From an uncultured Chryseobacterium sp. (GTDB taxonomy: Bacteria; Bacteroidota; Bacteroidia; Flavobacteriales_D; Sanyastnellaceae), in NCBI GenBank assembly GCA_964385405.1, contig CAYLOT010000002.1:62168-126167 (forward strand): DNA of 64,000 bases, given 5' to 3'. Position 1 is the stretch's first letter. Every line of letters starts with the position of its first letter. A program made the translations under genes and the position numbers. The notes beneath the pieces were generated by a model. That model searched no databases. It saw nothing but the letters and a program-made list of their open reading frames with translations, and had not been told where the DNA came from. This document shows positions 31,151 to 39,451 of the stretch, piece after piece.

Positions 31151-31924
31151 TTAAACCAACCCAGCAATCATGAGTGTCCCCATAATGAATAGGAACACCA
31201 TGACCGTTTTTCGAATCCATTCGATACTGGTTTTCTTAAGGAATTTATTCCCAATTAGTGCACCGCTCATGCCGCCCAAAAGCGCAACAGCCATAGGTAA
31301 ATAAATTTCATGTTGAAGGAATAGCTGGAAAGAAGCGGCATAGGTAAATATGCGCACGGTATCCACAATGAAAGCCAATGCTGCACGCGTTCCAATGAAA
31401 ACTTGCTTGTCTTCAAAATGATTCATGAGGAACGCACTTCGAATAGCTCCTTGCTGTCCGCTTAACCCGCCGAAGAATCCACTAAACATTCCGCCAAGCC
31501 ACAGTATACGCTGTGCTTTATTCACACGAACCAGGGCATTCGAATATTCCATGGCAGCTAGAAGTATGAGAACTAATCCCATGACCACTCCAAGGAAGGT
31601 TGTGTTCGTTTCAATGATCCAGAATTTTACATGCAAGGGTTGTTGCAAATGCGCTAAGTAGTTCAGCGCTTCAGCACCAAGGAATGCTCCGACAGCGGAT
31701 GGGATTCCGAATTGGATAACAGTTTTCCAATGCGCATGTCTTCCAACTAAAGTCAATTTGAATACATTGTTTAAGAAGTGCACAATGGCCGTTGCGAATA
31801 CTGCCGTTTGCAGATCAAAAAACAACGCCATTACAGGAAGAAGCATAGTTCCGAATCCAAATCCACTAAAGAAGCTCAGTCCAGAGCCGAGTGTTGCCAC
31901 AAGTAATATGAAAACGTATTCCAT
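31151..31924 (-). CDS. TauE/SafE (DUF81) family anion exporter
   Basis: Start re-assigned to MEYVFILLVATLGSGLSFFSGFGFGTMLLPV. Two-repeat polytopic TauE architecture. Confidence 0.7.
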   Translation of the reverse strand: MEYVFILLVATLGSGLSFFSGFGFGTMLLPVMALFFDLQTAVFATAIVHFLNNVFKLTLVGRHAHWKTVIQFGIPSAVGAFLGAEALNYLAHLQQPLHVKFWIIETNTTFLGVVMGLVLILLAAMEYSNALVRVNKAQRILWLGGMFSGFFGGLSGQQGAIRSAFLMNHFEDKQVFIGTRAALAFIVDTVRIFTYAASFQLFLQHEIYLPMAVALLGGMSGALIGNKFLKKTSIEWIRKTVMVFLFIMGTLMIAGLV

Positions 31925-31978
31925 TCCACAAAAATAATGTTCATCGTGTGCATATTTTTTCTTTTCTTTGAGGTGCTC

Positions 31979-33019
31979 ATGAACGCCAAGAACAACGCCC
32001 AACTTCAATATAAAAATCGATTAAGAGATCGACAGGCATCTTTTCAATCGGAAGAGTTGGTTCGCGGAATTTTGGCGCATGACCGGTTGGCGTTGGCCTC
32101 AGCTTTAACATTACTGGAAAGCAACAAAGCCGAGCATATGCAACTCATGGACGAAGTCATCGAACAGATTCTTCCGCATACAGGAAACTCTTTACGCATT
32201 GGAATTACTGGAGTTCCTGGGGTGGGTAAATCCACCTTTATTGAAGCGCTTGCGCGCGAGGTTTTTCAAAATGAAGAAAATAAATTAGCCGTACTTTCAA
32301 TAGATCCTTCAAGTCCCATTTCTAAAGGGAGCATTCTGGGCGACAAAACACGCATGAACGAATTGTCGTTGCATCCGAATGCGTTTGTTCGCCCCTCACC
32401 GTCGAGTTCACACCTCGGCGGCGTGAACAGAAGCACACGTGAGAGTATCTTGCTTTGCGAAGCCGCCGGATACAACCTTGTGTTGGTCGAGACGGTAGGA
32501 GTGGGGCAGAGCGAAACGGCTGTGCACGCCATGACCGATTTCTTTTTGCTACTCATGTTGGCTGGCGCTGGAGATCAGTTGCAAGGCATTAAGCGCGGCA
32601 TCATGGAATTGACAGACGCTATGGTTATTACCAAGGCAGATGGAGGAAATGAGTTGAAGGCAGATCGAGCCAAGGGCGAATACACTTCCGCTTTGCATTT
32701 ATTTCCGCAACGCGAAAACAATTGGATGCCACAGGTTTTTACGACATCGTCAATTGAGGCGAGGGGAATTGATTCTGTTTGGAAGGAAATAGACAAATTC
32801 AATCGTTGGAGTATTTCAAACGGATGGAAGGAAGAGAATCGAAAGCGTCAATTAATCAGCAGTTTCGAGGAGCAGATTCAGAATGTACTTTTGCATCAAT
32901 TTCAAAACAAACCGAACTTCAGAGAGAAGTACGAAGCAACATTGAATCGCGTGGTCTCAAAAGAATTATCTGCTCATCGCGCAGCGGAAAGTTTTATTGC
33001 TTTGTTCTTGACAGCGTGA
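31979..33019 (+). CDS. meaB: methylmalonyl-CoA mutase-associated GTPase MeaB/ArgK
   Basis: P-loop GITGVPGVGKST, then VETVGVGQSE and ITKADG G-motifs. Start chosen at MNAKNN. Confidence 0.8.
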   Translation: MNAKNNAQLQYKNRLRDRQASFQSEELVRGILAHDRLALASALTLLESNKAEHMQLMDEVIEQILPHTGNSLRIGITGVPGVGKSTFIEALAREVFQNEENKLAVLSIDPSSPISKGSILGDKTRMNELSLHPNAFVRPSPSSSHLGGVNRSTRESILLCEAAGYNLVLVETVGVGQSETAVHAMTDFFLLLMLAGAGDQLQGIKRGIMELTDAMVITKADGGNELKADRAKGEYTSALHLFPQRENNWMPQVFTTSSIEARGIDSVWKEIDKFNRWSISNGWKEENRKRQLISSFEEQIQNVLLHQFQNKPNFREKYEATLNRVVSKELSAHRAAESFIALFLTA

Positions 33020-33032
33020 TTAATTTAGCGCC

Positions 33033-33365
33033 ATGAACGATATCCCAGGTAAAGTATTAATTCCGGTTGCATTCTTAGCTTGTACGCTCTTCAACAGCTA
33101 CTTTTACGTTTCGAAGTTTTTAAGTGAAACAAGCACGTTTTGGCTGAATGCTTATGCTGAAATCAGGGCACATTGGGCTTTATTCATGTTCTTGAATTTC
33201 TTGGGTGTTGCATCCATTACGGTAGATCACATCGTGAAATACGATAAAATTAAAAAGCCAAAGCGCACTATTCTTTCATTTTACACTGTGGTATTATTGG
33301 TAGCTTTCTTCACTCAGATTGTATGGGGAATGCTCGATATCTACATTACCGGAGAAATCAACTAA
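33033..33365 (+). CDS. small membrane protein, hypothetical
   Basis: 110 aa with three hydrophobic segments. Confidence 0.35.
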   Translation: MNDIPGKVLIPVAFLACTLFNSYFYVSKFLSETSTFWLNAYAEIRAHWALFMFLNFLGVASITVDHIVKYDKIKKPKRTILSFYTVVLLVAFFTQIVWGMLDIYITGEIN

Positions 33366-33676
33366 CTGTATTTCTTTCGGAGGTCAATTTTTATTTGCAT
33401 GCGTTCAAGCGCAAGCCCGAGTAATTGAGCCGCTGCTTCTGCTGGAATATGCGAAGTAACGTTATTGGCAATTGTACTTTCAGTAATGTCTGCTGTGTAC
33501 AAAAATCTTCTCAAATTGGAAGGAGCCAATTTCAACTGTACTTGAAAGAAGTTAAAAAGGTAGTCGTATCCGTCCTCGAATCCTGGTACATCGCTCAACT
33601 GATATCCCGCTAATGTCAGGTCTTTCAGCATTTGAAGAAATACATCTTCCGTTATTTGTTTGGAAGGAAGATTCAC
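33362..33676 (-). CDS. small hypothetical protein downstream of polyprenyl synthase
   Basis: 104-aa ORF whose start overlaps the preceding gene's stop by 4 nt. Confidence 0.3.
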   Translation of the reverse strand: MNLPSKQITEDVFLQMLKDLTLAGYQLSDVPGFEDGYDYLFNFFQVQLKLAPSNLRRFLYTADITESTIANNVTSHIPAEAAAQLLGLALERMQIKIDLRKKYS

Positions 33677-34641
33677 GACTCGCGCTCTAAGAGATAGGAG
33701 GCTAGATGACGCAGCGCCAATTTCTTTTCTTCAGGAACAGCAATAGCATTCAAGTGATTCAACGCGCTTGTGTAGTAGGCTTCGCTCTTTGCCAAGGTCA
33801 CTTCATCTGCTTTCGACTTAGAAAAGAGATGAAGTGTAGAATTGATTTTTGCATTTGGATTTTTAGAGTTGCCATGCAAAGATTTCAATTCAGCTCGAAT
33901 GTCTTCATCGGTGTGGTTGGCGGTGTGCAAATACAAATATGTTTTCTTGTCGGAAAGAATATCTCCGCCCACTTGTTTTCCAAATTTTTCAGGATCGCCA
34001 TAAGCGTCTAAATAGTCGTCGCGAAGTTGGAACGAAAGCCCAAGGTGCTCTCCGAACAATCTCAAATGTTCTTGGTCTTCAGCAGAGGCATTGGCAGCAA
34101 TGGCACCGAGTCTCAGCGCACATCCTAACAATACCGCAGTTTTTAAACGGATCATTTCAAGATATTCATCTAGACTTACATCTTCTCGCTTTTCAAAGTC
34201 CATGTCCATCTGCTGACCAACACACACTTCCCAAGCTGTCTGATTGAAGCAACGGAACAATTCCACAAACTTATCCTCCTGATTTTTTAGAAGTAGTTCG
34301 TAAGACTGTATCATCATGCCATCTCCGCTTAAAACTGCGGCATTCACATTCCACTTTTCATGAACAGTCTGCTTTCCGCGACGAAGAGGAGCGTTATCCA
34401 TAATATCGTCGTGCATGAGAGTGAAATTGTGAAATACTTCCACAGCGAGTGCTTGAGATAAGACGTCTTCTGCCTTTCCGTTGAAAAGTTCATGACCCAT
34501 TAAGGTCAATACTGGACGAATACGTTTTCCTCCAAGAGTCAATAAATAATGAATTGGATCAACAAGGTTTTTGGACTCTAGAGGTATCTCCCACTTACCA
34601 AGCGATTGTTCTATGGATTGAATGTGATGTTCGAAGTTCAT
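33673..34641 (-). CDS. polyprenyl diphosphate synthase (trans-IPPS; FPP/GGPP/long-chain type)
   Basis: First Asp-rich motif LMHDDIMD (FARM) and second Asp-rich motif RDDYLD (SARM, in SFQLRDDYLDAYG). Confidence 0.85.
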   Translation of the reverse strand: MNFEHHIQSIEQSLGKWEIPLESKNLVDPIHYLLTLGGKRIRPVLTLMGHELFNGKAEDVLSQALAVEVFHNFTLMHDDIMDNAPLRRGKQTVHEKWNVNAAVLSGDGMMIQSYELLLKNQEDKFVELFRCFNQTAWEVCVGQQMDMDFEKREDVSLDEYLEMIRLKTAVLLGCALRLGAIAANASAEDQEHLRLFGEHLGLSFQLRDDYLDAYGDPEKFGKQVGGDILSDKKTYLYLHTANHTDEDIRAELKSLHGNSKNPNAKINSTLHLFSKSKADEVTLAKSEAYYTSALNHLNAIAVPEEKKLALRHLASYLLERES

Positions 34642-35051
34642 GATTCATAAAGACAATTGCTGTCCTGTTTTGTTTAAAAGGGCTTTAAGCTTCAAAGATA
34701 AGCGTACTATTTTTTTGTTGGTTCTTGAGCTTCTGAATTATCTCGTCGAAAATTTTCATGGAATGAGGAGACTATTCATCAAAATGTTATTATTTGTTAC
34801 AAATTTCGTGTGTACGCTGAAGAATTCTGCACGGATTGTCGTTAAGTGTTTGTTTTTCGTTCAACTTTTATTTTCAGAAAATCGAAAGCTTAATTCAAAT
34901 GTAGAACGTGATTCACGGGGTTGTTTTAGACTATAATTGAATTTCTTTAAAGAAAGTTTGGAGTTTAGTAGGTTCGTACCTCCGTTATACAAAGTATCAA
35001 TAACGCGGTAGGTAGTAGTTTAAGTTTGGTTTTTCTTTATACTGATTTTAA

Positions 35052-35083
35052 TTTTTTTTTTTTTTTTTTTTTTGAAAAAAAAA
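35052..35083. repeat. homopolymer tract T22-G-A9 in a 660-bp AT-rich intergenic gap
   Basis: Directly visible: 35052-35073 is 22 consecutive T, then G, then 9 A. Confidence 0.9.
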
Positions 35084-35303
35084 TCAACAAATCGGTCTTA
35101 AAGTAATGAAAAAGAATGTATTTCATTTTCTAAATTGTTAGAATTTTTTTTCACATCTTTAGATGTGCTGAATGTACAAGTAACGAGAGAATTGATCATT
35201 CATATTGTTTGATTTATTTTTAATGTCCGTTGGTTTTCAACTCGTTTTTCAAAATGAATTTATCTGTATATTTGTTACATTAAATACTCAAATCGATACC
35301 TAT

Positions 35304-36032
35304 ATGTACAACGAACAAATTGAAAACCTCATCAATATGGCTTTGGCCGACGGTGAGTTAACAGAGAAAGAAAAGCAAATTTTATTCAAGAAAGCGGAAG
35401 CCGCTGGTATTGATTTGGATGAATTTGAAATGGTGTTAGATGCTCGTCTCTATGAAAGACAGAAATTGCAGAATATAGAAAATGCCACTTTGGCTTCAAC
35501 GAACGCAGCGGCTCCAAAGTCAGAAAAATTTGGCGACATCAAGAAATGTCCTGCTTGCGGGGCGATGGTCCAATCATTTCAAACGAGATGTTCAGATTGC
35601 AGTCATGAGTTTAGCAATATTGGAGCAAATGTTTCGATTGGTAAATTGTTCGAAATGCTCAATGCCTGCGAAAACGAGCGGAAGGAGGAGTCTTCTACCT
35701 CTATTAGCAGTGCATTTGGCAAATTGATGATGGAAGGGCTTCAAACTGGAGACAAGGTTTTAGAAAAGAAGAAGGCAATTATTTCGGGTTTTCCAGTTCC
35801 GAACACCAAAGATGATATATTAGAGTTTTTATCCACGGCAATTCCAAATGCCAAAACAAAAGGAAATTTCTTAACTAGGCAGCAGCCAGAGAATAAGTCA
35901 CACAATGATTTAGCACCAACTTGGCATTCGAAGTGTGAGCAAATAATTATGAAGGCAAAGTTCTCGATGAAAGATGATAAGAAAACGCTTGAGGAGATTA
36001 TGCATTACGGAAAAGAGCTCGGAATTAAATAG
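35304..36032 (+). CDS. TerB-like (DjlA-N/tellurite-resistance-type) domain protein with central Cys4 zinc ribbon
   Basis: Start chosen at MYNEQIENLINMALADGELTEKEKQILFKKAEAAGIDLDEFEMV (a TerB-like helix pair). Zinc ribbon CPACG...CSDCSH. The 35205 start in the track would add an unlikely hydrophobic leader. Confidence 0.5.
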   Translation: MYNEQIENLINMALADGELTEKEKQILFKKAEAAGIDLDEFEMVLDARLYERQKLQNIENATLASTNAAAPKSEKFGDIKKCPACGAMVQSFQTRCSDCSHEFSNIGANVSIGKLFEMLNACENERKEESSTSISSAFGKLMMEGLQTGDKVLEKKKAIISGFPVPNTKDDILEFLSTAIPNAKTKGNFLTRQQPENKSHNDLAPTWHSKCEQIIMKAKFSMKDDKKTLEEIMHYGKELGIK

Positions 36033-36059
36033 AATTAACAAAAAAATAAAACATTAAGT

Positions 36060-37394
36060 ATGGGACTTTTTGGAAGTAAGTCAGAAGGCGGAATGATGGA
36101 TGTCATTCGCTGTGACGAACAAGAATATTTAGTTTGGAAATGGAGACCTTCGGGAGCTGCAAATTCAACAAATAAAGAAAATGCGATTCGCTACGGTAGC
36201 AGTCTACGAGTAAAAGATGGTGAGTTGGCTGTCTTCGTTTACAAGCAGAAGGATGGTGCTATGCAGGATTATATTGTTGGTCCGTACGATCAAACAATTA
36301 AAACTGCGAACTTCCCCGTTCTTTCGAGTATAGTCGGCGCCGCATTCGGAGGAGCTTCACCTTTTCAGGCCGAAATTTACTTTATAAACCTAGCAGGGAA
36401 TGTTCCGATTAAGTTCGGGGTGCCTTACTTTAATATCACAGACAGTCGTTTGCCTGATTTTCCTGTGCCGATGTCTGTTAGAGGTCAGATAATTTTCAAT
36501 ATTACTGATTACAAGCTATTCATCAAGAATACTCGCCTTATCAATTTTGAATTAGACGACTTTAAAAATTTGATAAAGTCAGCTGTTACAAGCAGCGTTA
36601 AGACAGGAGTAATGGGAATAAACAGAACCAATCCATTGAATTTGGTTCAAATTGAAGAAAACCTCGACTTCATCAATGAAACTTTAAAAGCTAAGTTGAA
36701 AGATGTATTCTCTGAAGACTTTGGTGTGAATCTCAAGCGCTTCGATATAGATTCTTTGGAACTCGATCAAGAGAGTGAAGGTTTCAAAAAACTATTAAAA
36801 GTCACTCGCGAGCAGCAGGAGAAAACCATAGTGGCTCAAACCGATGTGAATATCAAGAATTTGAATGACATGCAGAACATTAACGCTGTGAATATGGAAG
36901 AGACTCTCCGTATTCAGCGTGAGGAAGCTCAGCGTGCTCAAAAACTTCAAACTGAAACTAACTTCATTGGTGCACACGGCCTGAATCAACAAACCGATGT
37001 CTTAAAAACCGCTGCCGCCAATCTCGGAAACATGGGGGCTATAGGCGGAGGGGGAGGAATGAATCCTGCCGGAGTCATGACCGGAATGATGATGGGCGGA
37101 GCAATGGGAACGCAAATGGCTGGCATGATGAACAACATGGGACAGCAAATACAGAACCAACAGAATGTTCCACCACCGCCTCCACAAATTCAATACAATG
37201 TAGCTGTAAACGGACAAACCATGGGGCCATTTAACATGCAGCAATTGCAGCAAATGGTTCAAAGCGGACAGCTGACAACAACGACTCATGTTTGGAAGCA
37301 AGGAATGGCCGGCTGGGAAGCGGCAGGAAGCGTAAATGAACTGTCAAGTTTATTTGGATCAATGCCACCACCACCTCCACCACCAATGCCTTAA
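36060..37394 (+). CDS. SPFH/Band-7 (Band_7_1-like) domain protein with Gly/Met/Gln-rich linker, poly-Pro and C-terminal GYF-like (DUF4339) domain
   Basis: N-terminus MGLFGSK...MDVIRCDEQEYLVWKWRP matches the start of bacterial SPFH (PF13421-type) proteins. Low-complexity GGGGMNPAGVMTGMMMGG and PPPPPQ. C-terminal GPFNMQQLQQMVQSGQLTTTTHVWKQGMAGWEAAGSV has the GYF_2 pattern. Confidence 0.6.
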   Translation: MGLFGSKSEGGMMDVIRCDEQEYLVWKWRPSGAANSTNKENAIRYGSSLRVKDGELAVFVYKQKDGAMQDYIVGPYDQTIKTANFPVLSSIVGAAFGGASPFQAEIYFINLAGNVPIKFGVPYFNITDSRLPDFPVPMSVRGQIIFNITDYKLFIKNTRLINFELDDFKNLIKSAVTSSVKTGVMGINRTNPLNLVQIEENLDFINETLKAKLKDVFSEDFGVNLKRFDIDSLELDQESEGFKKLLKVTREQQEKTIVAQTDVNIKNLNDMQNINAVNMEETLRIQREEAQRAQKLQTETNFIGAHGLNQQTDVLKTAAANLGNMGAIGGGGGMNPAGVMTGMMMGGAMGTQMAGMMNNMGQQIQNQQNVPPPPPQIQYNVAVNGQTMGPFNMQQLQQMVQSGQLTTTTHVWKQGMAGWEAAGSVNELSSLFGSMPPPPPPPMP

Positions 37395-37474
37395 TCTTGA
37401 ATCGATTATTATAAAATACAATGGCGGAATCCGAAAAGCCGTACGAGTAGGAGAAACATAAAAAAAATAGAAAA

Positions 37475-37852
37475 ATGAGTTTTTTATCGAACCTAATGGG
37501 TAATGCAACGGAATTGAATCCTGCAGAATTGCAATCAGAATTTGCAAATGTTTTGTTTGACGGAGAAAATATTGAAGCTGCATTCAAAATCTTTAGAGAT
37601 AAATGGGTATTCACAAACAAGCGTTTAATCATGCAAGACGTGCAAGGTATGACTGGTTCTAAAAAAGAGTACCACTCCGTGCCTTACAAATCAATTACGC
37701 ACTTCTTAGTAGAAACTGCCGGATCATTCGACGCAGATTGTGAAATTGAAATTTGGGTTTCTGGTTCTCCAACATCTTTAAAGAAAGAGCTTAAAAAAGG
37801 AATCGATGTTATAGGACTTCAAAAAACCTTGGCATCTTATATCTGTAAATAA
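37475..37852 (+). CDS. bacterial PH (bPH) domain protein
   Basis: 125 aa with GENIEAAFKIFRDKWVFTNKRLIMQDVQGMTGSKKEYHSVPYKSITHF. The FTNKRLI / G.TG.KK / SIPY pattern is characteristic of small bPH proteins often encoded next to SPFH genes. Confidence 0.55.
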   Translation: MSFLSNLMGNATELNPAELQSEFANVLFDGENIEAAFKIFRDKWVFTNKRLIMQDVQGMTGSKKEYHSVPYKSITHFLVETAGSFDADCEIEIWVSGSPTSLKKELKKGIDVIGLQKTLASYICK

Positions 37853-37860
37853 TTTAGATT

Positions 37861-38214
37861 ATGAACGACGATAGCTTTTTTTCAATGAATCGATTGGTAG
37901 AGTTCGGTATGAGTATGGCCGTTGCACAGCAAATGGTTAATACGATGAATTCGGCAATGGAAAATATGAAGATGAGTGGAGTTTCCCAACCGTTTAATGC
38001 TCCCGTTGCTCCTATGTATTATGCCGTGCTCGACGGAAATCCGGCGGGCCCGTTTTCTGAAAAGGAGTTCTCTCGTTTAATAACTGAAAAGAAAATTGTT
38101 AAAGATACTTACGTCTGGAAACCTGGAATGGCTGGTTGGCAATTTGCTGAAAAGCTTCCAGAAGTTTTGAAATTGGTCGCTTTAACACCACCACCTTTCT
38201 CACCAAGTAATTAA
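37861..38214 (+). CDS. GYF-like (DUF4339) domain protein
   Basis: MYYAVLDGNPAGPFSEKEFSRLITEKKIVKDTYVWKPGMAGWQFAEKLPEV repeats the GYF_2 pattern (GP.....L.......TYVWK.GM..W), as in the C-terminus of the upstream SPFH protein. Confidence 0.6.
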   Translation: MNDDSFFSMNRLVEFGMSMAVAQQMVNTMNSAMENMKMSGVSQPFNAPVAPMYYAVLDGNPAGPFSEKEFSRLITEKKIVKDTYVWKPGMAGWQFAEKLPEVLKLVALTPPPFSPSN

Positions 38215-38224
38215 TATTTTTTTT

Positions 38225-38575
38225 ATGAAAACTCAAGTGAAATTTTTCCAGTTAATCGTTGCAATTGCTCTAAGTGCATTGATAAGTTTTGGATTCTATT
38301 CTATGGACATTGAAAGTAATAAGTTACTTATAACAATTGGTGGTTTTGTGTTTTTTGCAATAACACTCGGTTGCACAATTGGAATTCGATTTGAAACAGC
38401 CGGTGTATCTACCAATGTAAGAGTTTTGTCTTCCATTTTCTTTGTAATTGTACTTGTAAGTCATTTTGTTTTTTCTGTTTTTAGTTCGTCGGTACCACTT
38501 TACGTTATAGTAAATGGGATTGTGATTTTGGTGTATGCATTAATTGTGAATGGATTGACCAAAGCAGCCAGCTAA
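38225..38575 (+). CDS. small 4-TM membrane protein
   Basis: 116 aa with four hydrophobic helices. It is the last gene of the 35304-38575 co-directional cluster. Confidence 0.45.
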   Translation: MKTQVKFFQLIVAIALSALISFGFYSMDIESNKLLITIGGFVFFAITLGCTIGIRFETAGVSTNVRVLSSIFFVIVLVSHFVFSVFSSSVPLYVIVNGIVILVYALIVNGLTKAAS

Positions 38576-38596
38576 TAATAGAAATGTAAATTATCG

Positions 38597-38628
38597 AAAG
38601 AGCTCGGAAACTTCCGAGCTCTTTTTTT
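38597..38628 (+). terminator. rho-independent terminator of the SPFH/bPH/GYF cluster
   Basis: aaagagctcgg-aaactt-ccgagctc followed by T7. Confidence 0.7.
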
Positions 38629-38695
38629 ATTGGAGTCGCAGCAATCGTTCTTACTTTTATTCAAGTCATTATGAATTTCGACTTGGTTAAATCGC

Positions 38696-39442
38696 ATGGT
38701 AGAAAAAGCAATTAATATTTATAAAGTTATTTTAGCATTTGCTCTCATCATTCTGTTTGGGACAATAGGTTCAATTCTGCGAGTTATTTCTCTCGGTATG
38801 CTAACGAATTTCAATCGATCCTTTGTTATTCCTACATTCTGCAAACTCACTCTTGCGGCATTGGGTATTCGAATTGATAATCGCGTACAACTTCCAAAAA
38901 TAGATACCCCTCATTTCTTTACATTCAATCACAATTCGTATTTAGATGGATTTGTCTTGATGAGTCTTGGTCTCAAAAACACTAGGATTTTGATGAGTGA
39001 GAAGATGTTGGTTTTCGTACCTGTAATTCTGATTTCATTTTCTATTGGACTATTGTACATCCCGCAAAAGAAGAATAAAGAGCGTCGAATGGATTGTTTT
39101 TATCGCGTAGAGCAAAGAATTGAAAGAGAGCGAATAAGCATTATGGGCTCTTCAGAGGGAGTGCATAGATATGGAGAACGAATAGCAAAGTTTAATCGAG
39201 GCGTTTATCATATGGCTTTGATTTCTGAAATGCCCGTCGTTCCATTGTTTATTTATACGCCGGTTGAATCGAATCCATATGCGAACTTTCGGCCTTTCAA
39301 AAGTGGAACTTTGGTAATTGAGTCATTGGGTGTTATTCAAACAAAAGATTGGCAACTCGAGAATTTGGATGCTCACATCAGTGATGTGCGGAAACTTTAT
39401 GTTAAGCGCTTCAACGAGTATTACAACATGAACACGATTTAA
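38696..39442 (+). CDS. PlsC-family lysophospholipid / 1-acyl-sn-glycerol-3-phosphate-type acyltransferase
   Basis: HX4D motif in FTFNHNSYLDGFV, a second acyltransferase block SSEGVHRYG, and an N-terminal membrane anchor. Confidence 0.7.
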   Translation: MVEKAINIYKVILAFALIILFGTIGSILRVISLGMLTNFNRSFVIPTFCKLTLAALGIRIDNRVQLPKIDTPHFFTFNHNSYLDGFVLMSLGLKNTRILMSEKMLVFVPVILISFSIGLLYIPQKKNKERRMDCFYRVEQRIERERISIMGSSEGVHRYGERIAKFNRGVYHMALISEMPVVPLFIYTPVESNPYANFRPFKSGTLVIESLGVIQTKDWQLENLDAHISDVRKLYVKRFNEYYNMNTI

Positions 39443-39451
39443 TTTTATCGA

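Noticed and set aside
34640-34936. 98-aa ORF in the AT-rich gap
   Set aside because: It overlaps the start of the divergent polyprenyl synthase gene, has no coding-like composition (poly-F/L from an AT-rich frame), and lies in obvious promoter DNA.
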